From the NCBI RefSeq assembly GCF_035594765.1, contig NC_085841.1:304243402-304307401 (forward strand): DNA of 64,000 bases, read 5' to 3'. Shown one piece after another: positions 36,801 through 62,104 of the stretch (the first letter of the stretch is position 1; the number at the start of each line of letters is the position of its first letter). The notes under the pieces were generated by a model. That model saw only the letters and a program-made list of their open reading frames with translations, had not been told where the DNA came from and made no database searches. The position numbers and the translations under genes are program-made. The DNA is from Anolis carolinensis (Eukaryota).

Positions 36801-39800
36801 GCCAGGCTACTGGTTATTGGTTGTTGAGTTTATGCTTTTATGATTTTTATATGTTTTTATGTATTAATTCATTGTAAGTGAATGTATCTTATGTTGTTGT
36901 ATTTTATTGTTGCATTACTGGGTTTGGTCCCCATGTAAGCCGTCCCTGAATCCCTTCGGGGATATGAGGCGGGATATAAGAATAAAGTTGTTATTATTTA
37001 TATGTTCATTAGTATTTCTGAAAGCCTTCTGTTTACTTTGTTCGCTTCTGAGAAAACTTTTAGAGACTCCAAGAAGCCTCCTGGAGTGATCATGCAGGTT
37101 GTTTGTGGCTTGTTTTTCATGAAAAGAAGGGAAGTGGCATTGTTCACGCCACCAGTGAGGTAAATGTAGGAATCAGAGCAGCTGGAACTATCTTTGGTCA
37201 TATCTGGTATGTGGATATTGCCAAACTTGAATTGGCCAACCCATGATCTCGATGTTCAGCACATTGCTCTTGAGTGATAGTTATAATTGAACATAAATGT
37301 GTGCAGTTTCATATGTTGCTTTTTATACAATACCAGTGTTTATTATGGTTTCTATTAAAATAATGGGTTGTCAAGTTTATTTCTGTGCCATTTATCTGCC
37401 AACTTAAATTGAACAGATGTTTATTGTTGGCATTGAAGGATAACTACTGTTAGCTGTTTGTGAAGACAGATGTTTTTAAAAAAGGAAATTGGGCTATGCA
37501 CTTTATTTTTTTTCTTGCAGCTGGTAGATGAAGAGAATGTTCGTGGAGTGGTCACCATGAATGAAGAGTATGAGACTCGCTTCCTGTGTTGCTCCCCCCA
37601 GGTGAGTCCCACCCAATTTCAGTGTTCCTAGAGAAGTGAAGATGCAAATGACAGCCACTAAAGGAAATGGAAATATAGATATACATACATGTATACACAC
37701 ATACAAACATTACTTTGACAGGAAACAATACAAGATCATCGCAATTTGAATGAGACTTGCTTACCATTCAGCCTGACCTATGTTCCACAAAAGCCATAGG
37801 AGAATGCTTCTTTTTGAAGTCTTAATTTGTGACTTTGTTCTGGTATGGTCCAAGTCTGCATATGGCTCAGGGTCATTCTTACAGTCCAAAGGCACTCTCT
37901 CTGCTCCACGTATTTAGGCTGAAAAGGAGAAATCATCAGCCCTGGAAGCTTTGAGCTGCAATTTTAAGTCAAGGTCTAGTATGCTTTCTCGTGTTTGTGT
38001 GGTAAGATTTTAACTGTTGCTTCATTTCCAGTTTTGGAAAGGGAAACAAAAACATTTGATGTTCAGCCCATCTCAAGTTCATTGGGGAAGGGGGAAGTTA
38101 ATTGGTTTTTAGACCTTGATCACTTGTGCGGGGAGGGTTCCCCAAACTTTAGTCTTCCAGGGGGGTTGGATTTCAACTCCCAGAATACCTATTCATTGGC
38201 CAGGGCAGCTGAGGCTTCTGGGAGTTGAAATCCAAAACACTTGGGGGACAAGAGTTTGGGAATCACTGATGTAGAATGAATGTAGTTTTACACCACTTTA
38301 ACGGCCATGGTTCACTGCTATGAAATCAAGGGATTTGTAGTTTGATGAGGTAGCATCACTTCAGTAGAGAAGTCTTAAAGACTTGTAAACTACAATTCCT
38401 GTGATTCCAAAGCATTGTTCCATGGCAGTTAAAGTGGTATCAAACTGCATTATTTCTACAGTGCAATGCATCTTTAATCTTAGGTTGCTTTCATCGTATT
38501 AGCACTTAGTGTTCCAGCATTACTTTCCCCTGCTTATTTGAGGTTGTTTGTCATTCCATCAGCTATCATATCATATTTTAAATAAATAACATTGCTAACG
38601 TTCAAGTTTCCACATGGTTTTGCCTAATACACTGATACCCTTTCCATTTCTTTCCTCTCCTAATGGCTGATTATGTCTTCTGGTTTACTGCAGGAATGGG
38701 AGGCGATGGGAGTAGAACAGCTGCGCCTTAGTACTGTGGACCTAACTGGAGTCCCCTCAATGGAAAACCTGCACAAAGGTGTTGAGTTTCTACTGAAGCA
38801 TCGTGAACGCGGGAATAGTGTTTACGTGCACTGCAAAGCTGGCCGCTTTCGCAGTGCCACTATGGTGGCTGCTTACTTAATTCAGGTAAGAAGTGTTTGT
38901 ACAAATTTGAAGGGGGCAACTAGTGGTCTTCCAGATTTTCTTGGATTGCAGCTTCTGTCATAGTTTTTTATAATAGTGGCTAAAGCTAATGGATGATACA
39001 GTTCATCAACATCTGAAGGGGCAGGGGTTGCTGACCTCAGCACAAATAGAAAACGTGGCAATGGCAAAGGAGACTTACATTGGTAATACCATAAAAGTGT
39101 TTATGCTTAAGGACATGAGAAGATATCGAAGTTTTTCTGGGGTTGTTACTCTGGTCCTAGTAGGGACATAATGAAACAAAATCCAGTTTTACTAGCTGAG
39201 GTATTTGATTTAGTAATCACTAGACTAAAAAAGACTGTGCCTTCCAGATACCTTTTAGGTCACTAGAATGGATCCAGGATTATTTCATCTGAGTGAAAAC
39301 CCCTCCTGCCTTTTGCAAAATGGAAGAAAAACAAAGTTACCCCTAAAAGACTGGACGGAATGATAATGCATTTTAATTAATTGCAGGGAGTGTTAAGTTT
39401 TAAGAACAAGATTTTGATCTAGGTTTGTGTCCCATTTATCCTTGTGTGATATTTGGACAGTGCAGAAGCTTACAATCCTCCTGTTAAAACTGAGTGGAAA
39501 ACAGTTCAGAAGTCATCCTTCCCTTTGCAAGAGTAGAAAGAAAGAGGATGTTTCACATTTTGCTGGGATCAGCTCAAGGTAGATTTCGGTTGAAAGGCTT
39601 ATACAGTTGGGAAGAAATAATTGTAAGTCTATTAAATAGGAGTGCAATGTGAAATAACCTCCCACTGTACTGTATACATCACTTTGTTTCTAGTTTAGGA
39701 GATATTATTTTTTCAATTGGCTTTTCTGCCTTTATAGATTCACCAGTGGAGCCCTCAAGAAGCAATAGAAGCCATTGCTAAGATCCGTCCTCATATCATT

Positions 39801-39950
39801 GTCCGCAATAAACAAGTTCAGTTGCTAGAGGACTTTCATAAGTGCGTAACAGTTGGAAGTCCAACACAATCAGAGCAAAAACTACAAGATGGAGAACACA
39901 AATCACCAGAGCAGATGGAGAATAATCGTCTGAAAACACCTGGTTCCTAA
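33709..39950 (+). CDS. PTPMT1: Mitochondrial phosphatidylglycerophosphatase / protein tyrosine phosphatase 1 (218 aa; 246 aa if ATG 33625 is used)
   Basis: join(33709..33879,37521..37601,38694..38885,39738..39950). Motifs ARLLFYPTLLY, VLLGALP, MNEEYE, LSTVDLTG and VYVHCKAGRxRSAT. Confidence 0.96.
34025..34385 (+). mobile_element. CR1 LINE fragment
   Basis: ORF2 peptide [26 protein letters not shown]. Confidence 0.9.
34519..34676. mobile_element. 158-bp hairpin MITE with TG..CA ends and 5-bp TSD
   Basis: ~60-bp near-perfect TIRs; GGATT at 34514-34518 and 34677-34681. Confidence 0.75.
34770..34981 (+). mobile_element. Penelope-like terminal repeat fragment
   Basis: Homologous to 48527-49300; contains a degenerate hammerhead motif. 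Confidence 0.8.
35068..35262 (-). mobile_element. CR1 3' fragment, older
   Basis: Similar to 11880-12100. Confidence 0.7.
36042..36137 (+). mobile_element. Sauria-type SINE, tRNA-related head
   Basis: gtggcgcagtgg (A box-like) ... ggtttaaatcc (B box-like), then ggggagcggggtgagctcccactgttagccc. Confidence 0.75.
37521..37601 (+). CDS. PTPMT1: PTPMT1 coding exon 2 (LVDEENVRGVVTMNEEYETRFLCCSPQ)
   Basis: ttgcag|CTG acceptor, CAG|gtgagt donor; 81 bp. Confidence 0.95.
38694..38885 (+). CDS. PTPMT1: PTPMT1 coding exon 3 (catalytic CX5R loop)
   Basis: tgcag|GAA acceptor, CAG|gtaag donor; 192 bp. Confidence 0.96.
39738..39950 (+). CDS. PTPMT1: PTPMT1 coding exon 4 (IHQWSPQEAIEAIAKIRPHI...TPGS*)
   Basis: ttatag|ATT acceptor; TAA at 39948-39950. 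Confidence 0.93.
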   Translation: MHQWSPQEAIEAIAKIRPHIIVRNKQVQLLEDFHKCVTVGSPTQSEQKLQDGEHKSPEQMENNRLKTPGS

Positions 39951-40015
39951 GATGTTATTTAGGAATGGACTACAGTTGTTTCAGGTACCAAACAGTAAGC
40001 TTTCTGCAGCATTAG

Positions 40016-40179
40016 AATAAAAGAATTACAGCCCCAGTAGGTCAGCATATTTGGCCTTTACTGTTCTCTTATCTCTTGTTTATTATTTCAAAGTAGATGA
40101 ATGGGGCCACTTTTGTCAGTGGTTCTGTCTCAAATACAAGCAATAAAACCACTGTATTGTTTCAGTAGAGGCCTTTATT
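40016..40179. terminator. Convergent polyadenylation signals of PTPMT1 (+) and KBTBD4 (-)
   Basis: AATAAA on + at 40016-40021 and 40142-40147; AATAAA on - at 40174-40179 and 40079-40084. Confidence 0.65.
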
Positions 40180-40819
40180 GAGTTTTGTACTGCAAATGGT
40201 TTACAGTATCAACAGATATGTTTGAAACAAGTTTCAGGACAGGGTACCCCAGCATTGGTGCAATGCCAGCTTTTTTTCCTGCCAGATAGCACTGTGGTCT
40301 CCTCTATTCTTAGTACAATCTAGAAAACTACAAGATGTATTACTTTCAGTACCTTTGGCTTAATAATTGTCTTCTGCAACCCTAATTAGGAGGGAACCTT
40401 TAGAACTTGACTGGTAATTGCACCTCCTGGGGATGTTTTATAACTTGAAGGATTGCACAACCTGCAACATGGGGAGCTCTAAGTAATTGAAGGAGTGGTT
40501 CAACAGCTTGGACAAGTGTTTGCTGGTGGTAAAATATGTAAACCTAAGAAGGTTTTCACCTTTGGGGCACAAAAGGTGACCAGCACAGGACTACGGTGTT
40601 ACCAATAAGCTAGGCAAGTCTGAGGTCCCACAAATTAAGGGCTAGTGTTACAGCAGGTACGGTAGTGGTGTTGCTTGTTTGTGAGTGAAGGTTTGAAGAA
40701 AGGGTGGAATTGTCTACAAGTACTGTAGTCTGCCTCAAAGAGCTGGTGCTATGGGGTCTATGTAGCTCTGACCTGTTTAATGGAATGTTTCAGTGTTCTA
40801 GTTATAGGTTTTTCTTCCC

Positions 40820-41680
40820 TCATGCCAAAACAAATTGTAGATTTGTAAGGAGCACTTTGAGACCACTGTTGACAGCTACCACAGAGGTGGCAGGATTGAG
40901 TTTGAAGGTATTGGCATCTCCCTTTTTGTAGCGATCCCGGAAGATGTAGATGTTCCCATTACAGCTAGCAATTTTCCAGAGGGATGGCACTGAACTCCAG
41001 GCATCTGGCAAGCAGAGCCTGGTGAAGCTATCCAGGAGAGGATTATAGCACAACAGTGAATCCCCCTCTGCTACTATAAACACTAGGTCCTTGTGCACTG
41101 CAGCATGCATGCAGCCTGCAAAAGGTAACACGTAAGGCTTCACATGGCACTTTTCTGTGTTGGTGTCATAGCACTGGATAAGCCGTGAAGGCTTGGTAAA
41201 AAAGTCCAGGTCATTCTCCTCACCACCCAACAAATAAATGACGCCATTGAGATTTACACCTGTAGCTCCAGACACAGCTACTTCCAGCTGGCTAGTTTCT
41301 GTCCATACATTGTCTCTGACTCTGTAGTATATGACTGCACTAGAGAGGATATCTTGCAGTGTCTTGCCACCCAGTGAATAGATAGCATCCTTACTAGGAA
41401 CAGAAACCAGAGTGTGTTGAAGCCTGTCGCGGGGCAGAGGTGCACACCATTCCCAGTCTATTGTGGTATTGTTGCATTTCCACATGCGGCGTGGAATGGA
41501 TCCTCCAACAACATAGAGGTCACTACCATGCTTGCAGGCTGTAGTGATCTGGTGGCACAAGCTGTTTTGACCACTAACAGAAATTGAGTCATCATCAGCG
41601 CAGTGCAGCGAGACAGCAAGAGAATGTGTTCGGGATGACTCCTTTCCAATCAGGTAGATATGAACCTTCTCTCCAATTTC
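40820..41680 (-). CDS. KBTBD4: KBTBD4 last coding exon (Kelch propeller)
   Basis: cttag|GAAATT acceptor; 861 bp open frame to TGA. Confidence 0.95.
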   Translation of the reverse strand, partial: EIGEKVHIYLIGKESSRTHSLAVSLHCADDDSISVSGQNSLCHQITTACKHGSDLYVVGGSIPRRMWKCNNTTIDWEWCAPLPRDRLQHTLVSVPSKDAIYSLGGKTLQDILSSAVIYYRVRDNVWTETSQLEVAVSGATGVNLNGVIYLLGGEENDLDFFTKPSRLIQCYDTNTEKCHVKPYVLPFAGCMHAAVHKDLVFIVAEGDSLLCYNPLLDSFTRLCLPDAWSSVPSLWKIASCNGNIYIFRDRYKKGDANTFKLNPATSVVAVNSGLKVLLTNLQFVLA

Positions 41681-44600
41681 CTAAGGAAAAAAAAGATTCA
41701 TTAGACTTGCATGGGTCTTTGTCCAGAAATTCACACAATGGGAAATCTGCTAAGTTGGACCTGCTTTCTACTACATTGTCCTACAAGGTATTAGGCCATT
41801 CGCAGGCTACATACTGGGACTAAAGTCTCTCATTACCCATTTATTTCAGACCAATCATTATTGGCTTTTTCATATTGCACAATTATATTACTGTTTCTGC
41901 TTTAACTGCCATGGACCTATCTTATGGAATCCTTTAATTTCTCATTTGGTGAAGCACTAGACCTCTCTGGCAGAGACTCCTAAGTACTCCCCCCTAACTG
42001 AAACACTCAACCACAGGATAGAAAAATGGCAATTCAAGTGGAATAACAGTGCTCTAATTCTTATGAAAGGGGCCCTAGGTGAGATGCATAATTGTACAGA
42101 GTCACTTAGAAACACGTATGGAAATGCCAAACTAGCAAATTTAAAGTGACATTTTAAAGTAGTATTTTTTACTTATTTAAGCAAAAATTAAGTCATTGCA
42201 GCATCCAAAGTACCTCGTATTTTTAACATAATTTCCACCTGATTGCAGATAAGGAAGGGGATGATCATGACGGCTAAGTCCTGCATTATATTCTCACAGT
42301 GGCCAACTTGATGATTATGGGTCAGCTACAAGCAATGGCACCCTCCTGCTTCTATTTCTCTGCAACTGGAACTAAGAATCATACTGTCTTTGAAAACGGA
42401 GTTGTCTTCTTTCATTAGTTGGTCTAAGGCTCAAAGCTGGTGACCATCATAACATCCTGTATTGAACTGTATAATTTGGTGTAAAGAGTACCTCCTTTTC
42501 TCTAACCTGACTTTCTCATCATTCCGTTTCATAGTGTGAACCCGGAGTCTTCTATTATGGCAGAGGTCAGGATATCTGCCTATCTACTCTTCTTCTAACT
42601 TGCATGATTGTATACCTCTAAAATGTCCCTTCTTACTTTTTTTCTAAACTAAAAAACCCTGGACCCCCAAACTATGTACCTTTAAACTTGATCGCAGTAT
42701 CTCTGAAAAACCAGCACGCTCTTCTTTATTAAAGCCAATCCAGGTGTCTATGGCAGCTGTTGGATTCTGAGAACATGGAACACCATCTGTAAGATTGCAA
42801 AGACAAAAATCATGAAGTATTCAGCTTGCATGGCATTGGTACTCCTACTTTCCCCCCAAAACATGTCATTCCTGTTCTATAGAGAAACACAGAAGCTGCA
42901 AGAAGGTGAGCTGAGCTCTACCCAGGATCACCCCAGATAATTCATGGATTTAGATGGGAAATATGATGCCAATATTAGATCACTAGACTTTTCCTCCTGC
43001 AGTTCAAACAAAAAAATTCATTTAGCATTCAATGAACTGGGAGAAGGTTTTGTATTCCTTGCTGTACGATAATTTACAGAGGACAGTGAGAATGCTGTTG
43101 TAGCAGACTAACACTTCCAATATTATCCTATACAGACTTAACCCATTCTATATGCTTTTGATGACAAAAAAAGATTCCAGTCATACTATAGGTCACCACA
43201 ATTGATTTCATGTCTTAACATATTTCAAACAGATGCATTCTTCAGAAATATTTATAGCAATTTGGATTATTTACTCTTGATAGTACAATGATATGAGCCT
43301 GATTTAGCATGGACTTTCTGGTTGTTACAAGGAAAGGCAAGATTTCTAGTCTCCAAGACAGCAAGCTTTTCTCTCTGCAGGAAAGCTAGCTTTGTTTGGT
43401 TAATCTCATTACTAGTAATGAGTTCAGTGACTGTAGAAGTCAGCAGGTTAATAGAGATTACACTTGTAAAAGCGGAACAGTGGACTTGGTAGCAGGATTT
43501 TAAAACACTGTTCAGTTATGAATGCTTTCTTTGAAACTTACTAATTTTCCCTTGATTTCTACAAAACAAGTGCTGGCATGGATTTGTAGGTTCAAGTAAC
43601 ATTCTGTATATATCATATGCCTCTTGTAGATAAAGTAGTTTATAGTAAGAAGTGACAAATATTTTGAAATAATGTGTAAGAAAATAGCACACTAAAAACC
43701 ATGGCACTAACTGACAATTTCTTTGGCTACTAATAAGACAACTTGATCTGAGACTCAGACTTCAGTTTCTAAAAATATTTCAGTCAAGATATTTATGCTG
43801 ATATGATGGCCTGATCTTTATTTTGTTTATTTAGATTCCTAACCTGATAGTTCCTTTCCTGCTTCTTGTTCTTACCCATAAATGCATATTTCCTTGGTTC
43901 AGCAAGTTTTCACAAAACAGTAGTAAACCAAATACAAGTTCTGTGAACATGCCAAGTGAGAGTCTGTTGAATTGATGATAAGAAAGCTGACCTCTTGCTA
44001 TTCTGCAGCTTGTGACTGACTGTAGTGTCTTGTTTCCTGAAAACAAGCAACACCCAAAAGGAAGGCAACTTTCTTTCCATAATAAGAGTTATATGAGAAG
44101 TAACACCACTCCGATAGGCATAGCCTGGCTGTATGAGATTGTGTGCAAGTTTCTCTATGGCAACTGACTAGCATTTTTTGCCTTCATTTGGAGGAAATAT
44201 GGGGTAAGAAAGTAGACGTTAATCCTGTGAATGGATCTGGAGAGTTCCTTTTCAAATCTAATTCTATTAGACTTGATATCATCAAATTTGGTTTATGTTC
44301 CATATTTCATGACCTAAAATATCCCAACAGAGTTTAATCATCCTCTTAGGTGACCAATTACTATTTGAGGCTGCATGTTTTCTATGGGCCTAAGTAAATA
44401 CAGGTGGTTTGAGTGTTGGACATCTCTTGGCCATGAAACCCAGTGACTGACTTTGGGCACATCACACACTCTCAGCCTCGGAGGAAAGCAATGGCAAACC
44501 TCTTCTGAACAAATCTTGCCAAGAAAACCATGTAATGGGGTCAACACAGGTTGGAAACTACTTGGAGGCAAACAAGTAAATATAAAGACATTTTCTACTG

Positions 44601-47600
44601 ATCACTGTTGCAAATACTGAAAGTAGAAAGCCAAACAAAAGACATTTATCTTTACTACTGAGTTTGCGGCGAATTAGTCAATTGACTTATTAATATTTAT
44701 CAGTATCAACATTAACTTCAATTTCATAAGAGACAATTCAAATTAAGGCCTAAAGAGAACACTGCACTGATGTTGAAGCACCACAGGGACACCTATCTCT
44801 CCATCAACTCATGGTGCCATGTGGCTCTAGCGAAGGCTGGAGGGGGTCTCATAGGAATGGCAATGGGAAAAGTGGTATTGCTGCCTTCCAGTTTCACTCA
44901 GGGAAACATTTCCATCAGTGAATGTACCTCATTAGGTCCCAGTCTGCTGTTTTTAACAACGAATACTATTGAATTGTACATTGCTATTCTAAAATCTGTT
45001 TTTCCAGAAGGTTGTGTAAAATGAAACCTTTTATGAACTATAATTTCCAGCTTCTTAAAGCAGGCTACTTGTGATGCAAAATGGATTTTAGTGGATGAGA
45101 TCACAAGATCAGAGGGACGGATTAGAGTTGCAGAGTATCAGTCACAGGAGCTGTATAACTACTCAGTACTACAGAGTTTTTGAATATGTAAACATAAATA
45201 TGTAAACCATTATTATCTTCTGGACCTAATGATTGCTTCTTCCAGAAAACCTTTTGGTGGCACTGGCTCTGCAATAGCTGACTTGGCTACAAAGCCTGAA
45301 GAGCGATCACTTGTTCATAACTCAAGTGTCAGGAGAGCAGACTTCTCCTTCCTCCCCCACAAAAGACACAAAAGTTTTGTGGAGCAGGTTTGGAGTATAT
45401 GCACTGTATTTTAACAAACTGAAATTCCAGACACATCACAAAGATAACTCCATGTAAATCACATTGTAATAATTGAGATATAACTAGAACATATTATCAT
45501 GACCCAGGACTTGAGGGTAGTTGAAGTGCAACTCCCAAGTTTAGTTTTATATTTGGCTGTCTGGAGTCTAAATTCAGACTATGAATGTGCATTTTCAAGG
45601 GTTATACAGCATGTCTATAATGGCCATTCCATTAATGATGAGCACTTCTTGTGCTGGACTAAGTTTACATTTGTGATCTCGTATTCCGGTAATTGCTGAC
45701 TTCATATACCAGTTCTGAATTTCACAGCTTCCCTTTAATATAAATAAAAATAGAACTAGATGTCATGTGCATACTGGAGGGCTTGAACTCCCAATCTTCC
45801 TATCTTTTTCCATGGAGTTTAAATATAAATATATAGAATGTTTTAAATAAAGTTAAATGGGGGATAGAATGGAACCCCCAAAACCAAGGAAATAAAGTCT
45901 CCTTTAACCATCTTTCAAAAATGCCCTTCAGAGGAAAAAAAAATCAAAATTGTAAAATAGTTCATCCTCAGTAATCCTATGACACCAAGGTTGATGGCAT
46001 TAAAAGCCAGAGGCCCATAGCAGAACAGAAAGGGCACACTTCTGCCCAGTTCTTGGTGTAGAGTGTATATTGGGCAACAAATGACAATTCTACTTACCTG
46101 AGATGATATCTGTCAGGAGACGGAGAGGAAGGTGAAGAAACTCCTCTGTTTCCTGAAGTTGTGCTAAGTATGACTTAGCACAGTGCTTGGCAGCTGTGTA
46201 GAGCTCCACATCACTGTGCTGATCAGCCAACCACATAATCTGCAAACAGTTTTTCACTTGTACTGTTCGAGCTAAGAAACGGGAGCACTCCTCAAAAAGG
46301 GCAGTTAGTTGGTACATATCTGCCACTTCATATGTCTCCTGCAAATCTTCTGCCCTAAGCTTCACAGTTCCATGATATATGTAGTCTACCAGGAGCTGAA
46401 AGACACTCTCACTGACATCTTGTAACTCAATCACCCGGTTATGTGCCTCTTTCAGGTTGGATGTGAACATAGAACGGAAAAAGCAGCTCTGAGCAGAGAG
46501 GACAAGTCGGTGTAATTGAAATTCTTTGCCTTCCACCGAAATGGTAACGTCAGCAAAGAGCTCATCCTCTAGACACAACTTCATAATTCCTTGGGCCACA
46601 CGGCCTGAATGAGAACGATCAGTGAAAGTATAATTCACAAAATAGTTCTCAGTTGAAGAATTTCCAGTTTCTTCTGCTGAGGAACCTCCAGTCTCCTCTA
46701 GTGAGTCCATATTGCTGCCTTGGTTTGACCTCCAGCAATCTGAAATGCAAAACATTGGGAATTCTTTGTTACAAAACTGGTATTTTCAGCTAAAGCGATA
46801 AATCTCAATGGGGAGGGAGTTCCAAAGGAAGGAGGAACTATTGAGGAGGCCTTTTTTCTCATTGCCGCCAACTGTATTTGTGACAGTGGCAGCAGCAATG
46901 AGAGAAGGATCTCTCCGGAAGATCTTAATGATGCAGGCAGGTTGGTAAGTTGGGCCTGAACCGTTTAGGGCTTTAAAGGTCAAAACCACCACCTTGAATC
47001 GGGCTTGGAAACATATTGGCAGCTAGTTTAAGTGTAGCAGGGGGATGGTACGCTTCCTGGGTCCAGCACCTGTCAACCTGGCTGTAGATCTCTGAACTAG
47101 TTGGGGTTTCTGAGCACTTTTCTGGGGCAGCCTCATGTAGAGCCCGTTACAGTAGTTTAAATGGGATGTAACTAAAGCGTGGACCACCATGGCCAAGTCT
47201 GGCTTCTCAAGTTATGGTCGCAGCTGGTGCACAAGTTTTCATTGTGCAAAGACCCTCCTGGCAACGGTTTTAGCGATGCATCCAGGAGGACCCCCAGATT
47301 GCAGACCTGTGTCTTCGGGGTGTGTGATCTCATCCAAAACAGGTTGCCACCCTATACTCCGACCTGCCTTACGACTGACCAGGAGGGCCTCTGTCTTGCT
47401 TGGATTCAGTTTCAATTTGTTCACCCTCTCCAGCCCACAACAGCTGACAGGCAAGGGTTCAGGATCTGGGCTGCTTCCTTGACTTTTGGTGGAAAGGAGT
47501 AGTAGAGTTAGGTGTCATCTGCTTTTCCTCCAGGACTGGGACCCAAAGTGGCTACACAGCAGGCATGGGCAAGCTTGGGCCTTCCGGGTGTTTTGGACTC

Positions 47601-47871
47601 CAACTCCCACCATTCCTAACAGCCTCAGGCTGTGAAGCGGCTGAGGGGGAAAAGGAAAGGGCCTGAGGCTGTTAGGAATGGTGGGAGTTGGACTCCAAAA
47701 CACCCGGAGGGCCCAAGCTTGCCCATGCCTGAGGTTTTTGAAATAGCCTACGTTTCCAGGGCCGCCCCTTCCTGCCTTCCTCTCTCTAGCTGGAGACTAA
47801 CGGCCCTTCCGCCCCCGCAACTGGCAGGCAGGAGCTCAGCGCTTACTTGCAGCAGCGGCGCCGTCCTTCAT
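40820..47871 (-). CDS. KBTBD4: Kelch repeat and BTB domain-containing protein 4 (544 aa; 526 aa from ATG 46710)
   Basis: complement(join(40820..41680,42680..42786,46098..46739,47847..47871)). BTB domain (FADVTISVEGKEFQLHRLVLSAQSCFFRSMF), BACK region and Kelch repeats including GGSIPRRMW. Confidence 0.96.
42680..42786 (-). CDS. KBTBD4: KBTBD4 coding exon 3 (DGVPCSQNPTAAIDTWIGFNKEER...SSLK)
   Basis: tacag|AT acceptor, AAG|gtacat donor; 107 bp. Confidence 0.93.
44420..44575 (+). mobile_element. SINE body/3' fragment (squamate type)
   Basis: gactttgggcacatcacacactctcagcctc..gcaatggcaaacc..aaatcttgccaagaaaacc motif. Confidence 0.55.
46098..46739 (-). CDS. KBTBD4: KBTBD4 coding exon 2 (BTB/BACK; internal ATG at 46710)
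   Basis: ttcag|ATTG acceptor, CAG|gtaagt donor. Confidence 0.95.
46790..47525 (-). mobile_element. L2-clade LINE fragment
   Basis: Frameshifted RT C-terminal peptide NKLKLNPSKTEALLV; VVLTFKALNGSGPTY. Confidence 0.7.
47560..47731. mobile_element. hAT MITE (CAGGCATGGGCAA family)
   Basis: Long near-perfect TIRs caggcatgggcaagcttgggcc / ggcccaagcttgcccatgcctg. Confidence 0.85.
47847..47871 (-). CDS. KBTBD4: KBTBD4 coding exon 1 (MKDGAAAA)
   Basis: ATG at 47871; donor CAA|gtaagc; in frame with exon 2 (MKDGAAAANCWRSNQGSNM). Confidence 0.8.
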
Positions 47872-48189
47872 TCCTCCGGCTCCGGAGCTTCACACCGGGA
47901 ACGGCTCGAGGGAAAGAGGAAGGGAGAAGGGACGTCAAAGCGGGTGCGCTTCCCGACTCCGGGCGGCGTGCTCGCGGAAGTCGCTCCGCCCCCTCATTTC
48001 CGGATCATTTCGGGGGGGCCTCGCGCGCGCGTGCGCACGTACGCACGGCTTTGGGTGCCGCGTGACGACAGCCGCGGCCAATAGGAAAGATCGCGCGGGC
48101 CACGGCGGGCGTATGCGCATGCGCCTTGCGGGTCCGTTCCGTGCCCTTGTGCGTCCTGCTTCTCTCGGTCGCCGTCCCGGAGAGGAGAG
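47872..48189. promoter_or_regulatory. CpG island / bidirectional promoter KBTBD4-NDUFS3
   Basis: 318 bp between divergent ATGs; NRF1-type TGCGCATGCGC at 48114-48124; CCAAT at 48078-48082; ETS-type CGGAAGT near 47975; GC box near 47986. Confidence 0.85.

Positions 48190-62104
<13,915 letters not shown>

Noticed and set aside
41484-41512. KBTBD4 Kelch-loop insertion of the tumour-hotspot type
   Set aside because: Sequence is the wild-type-like GGSIPRRMW
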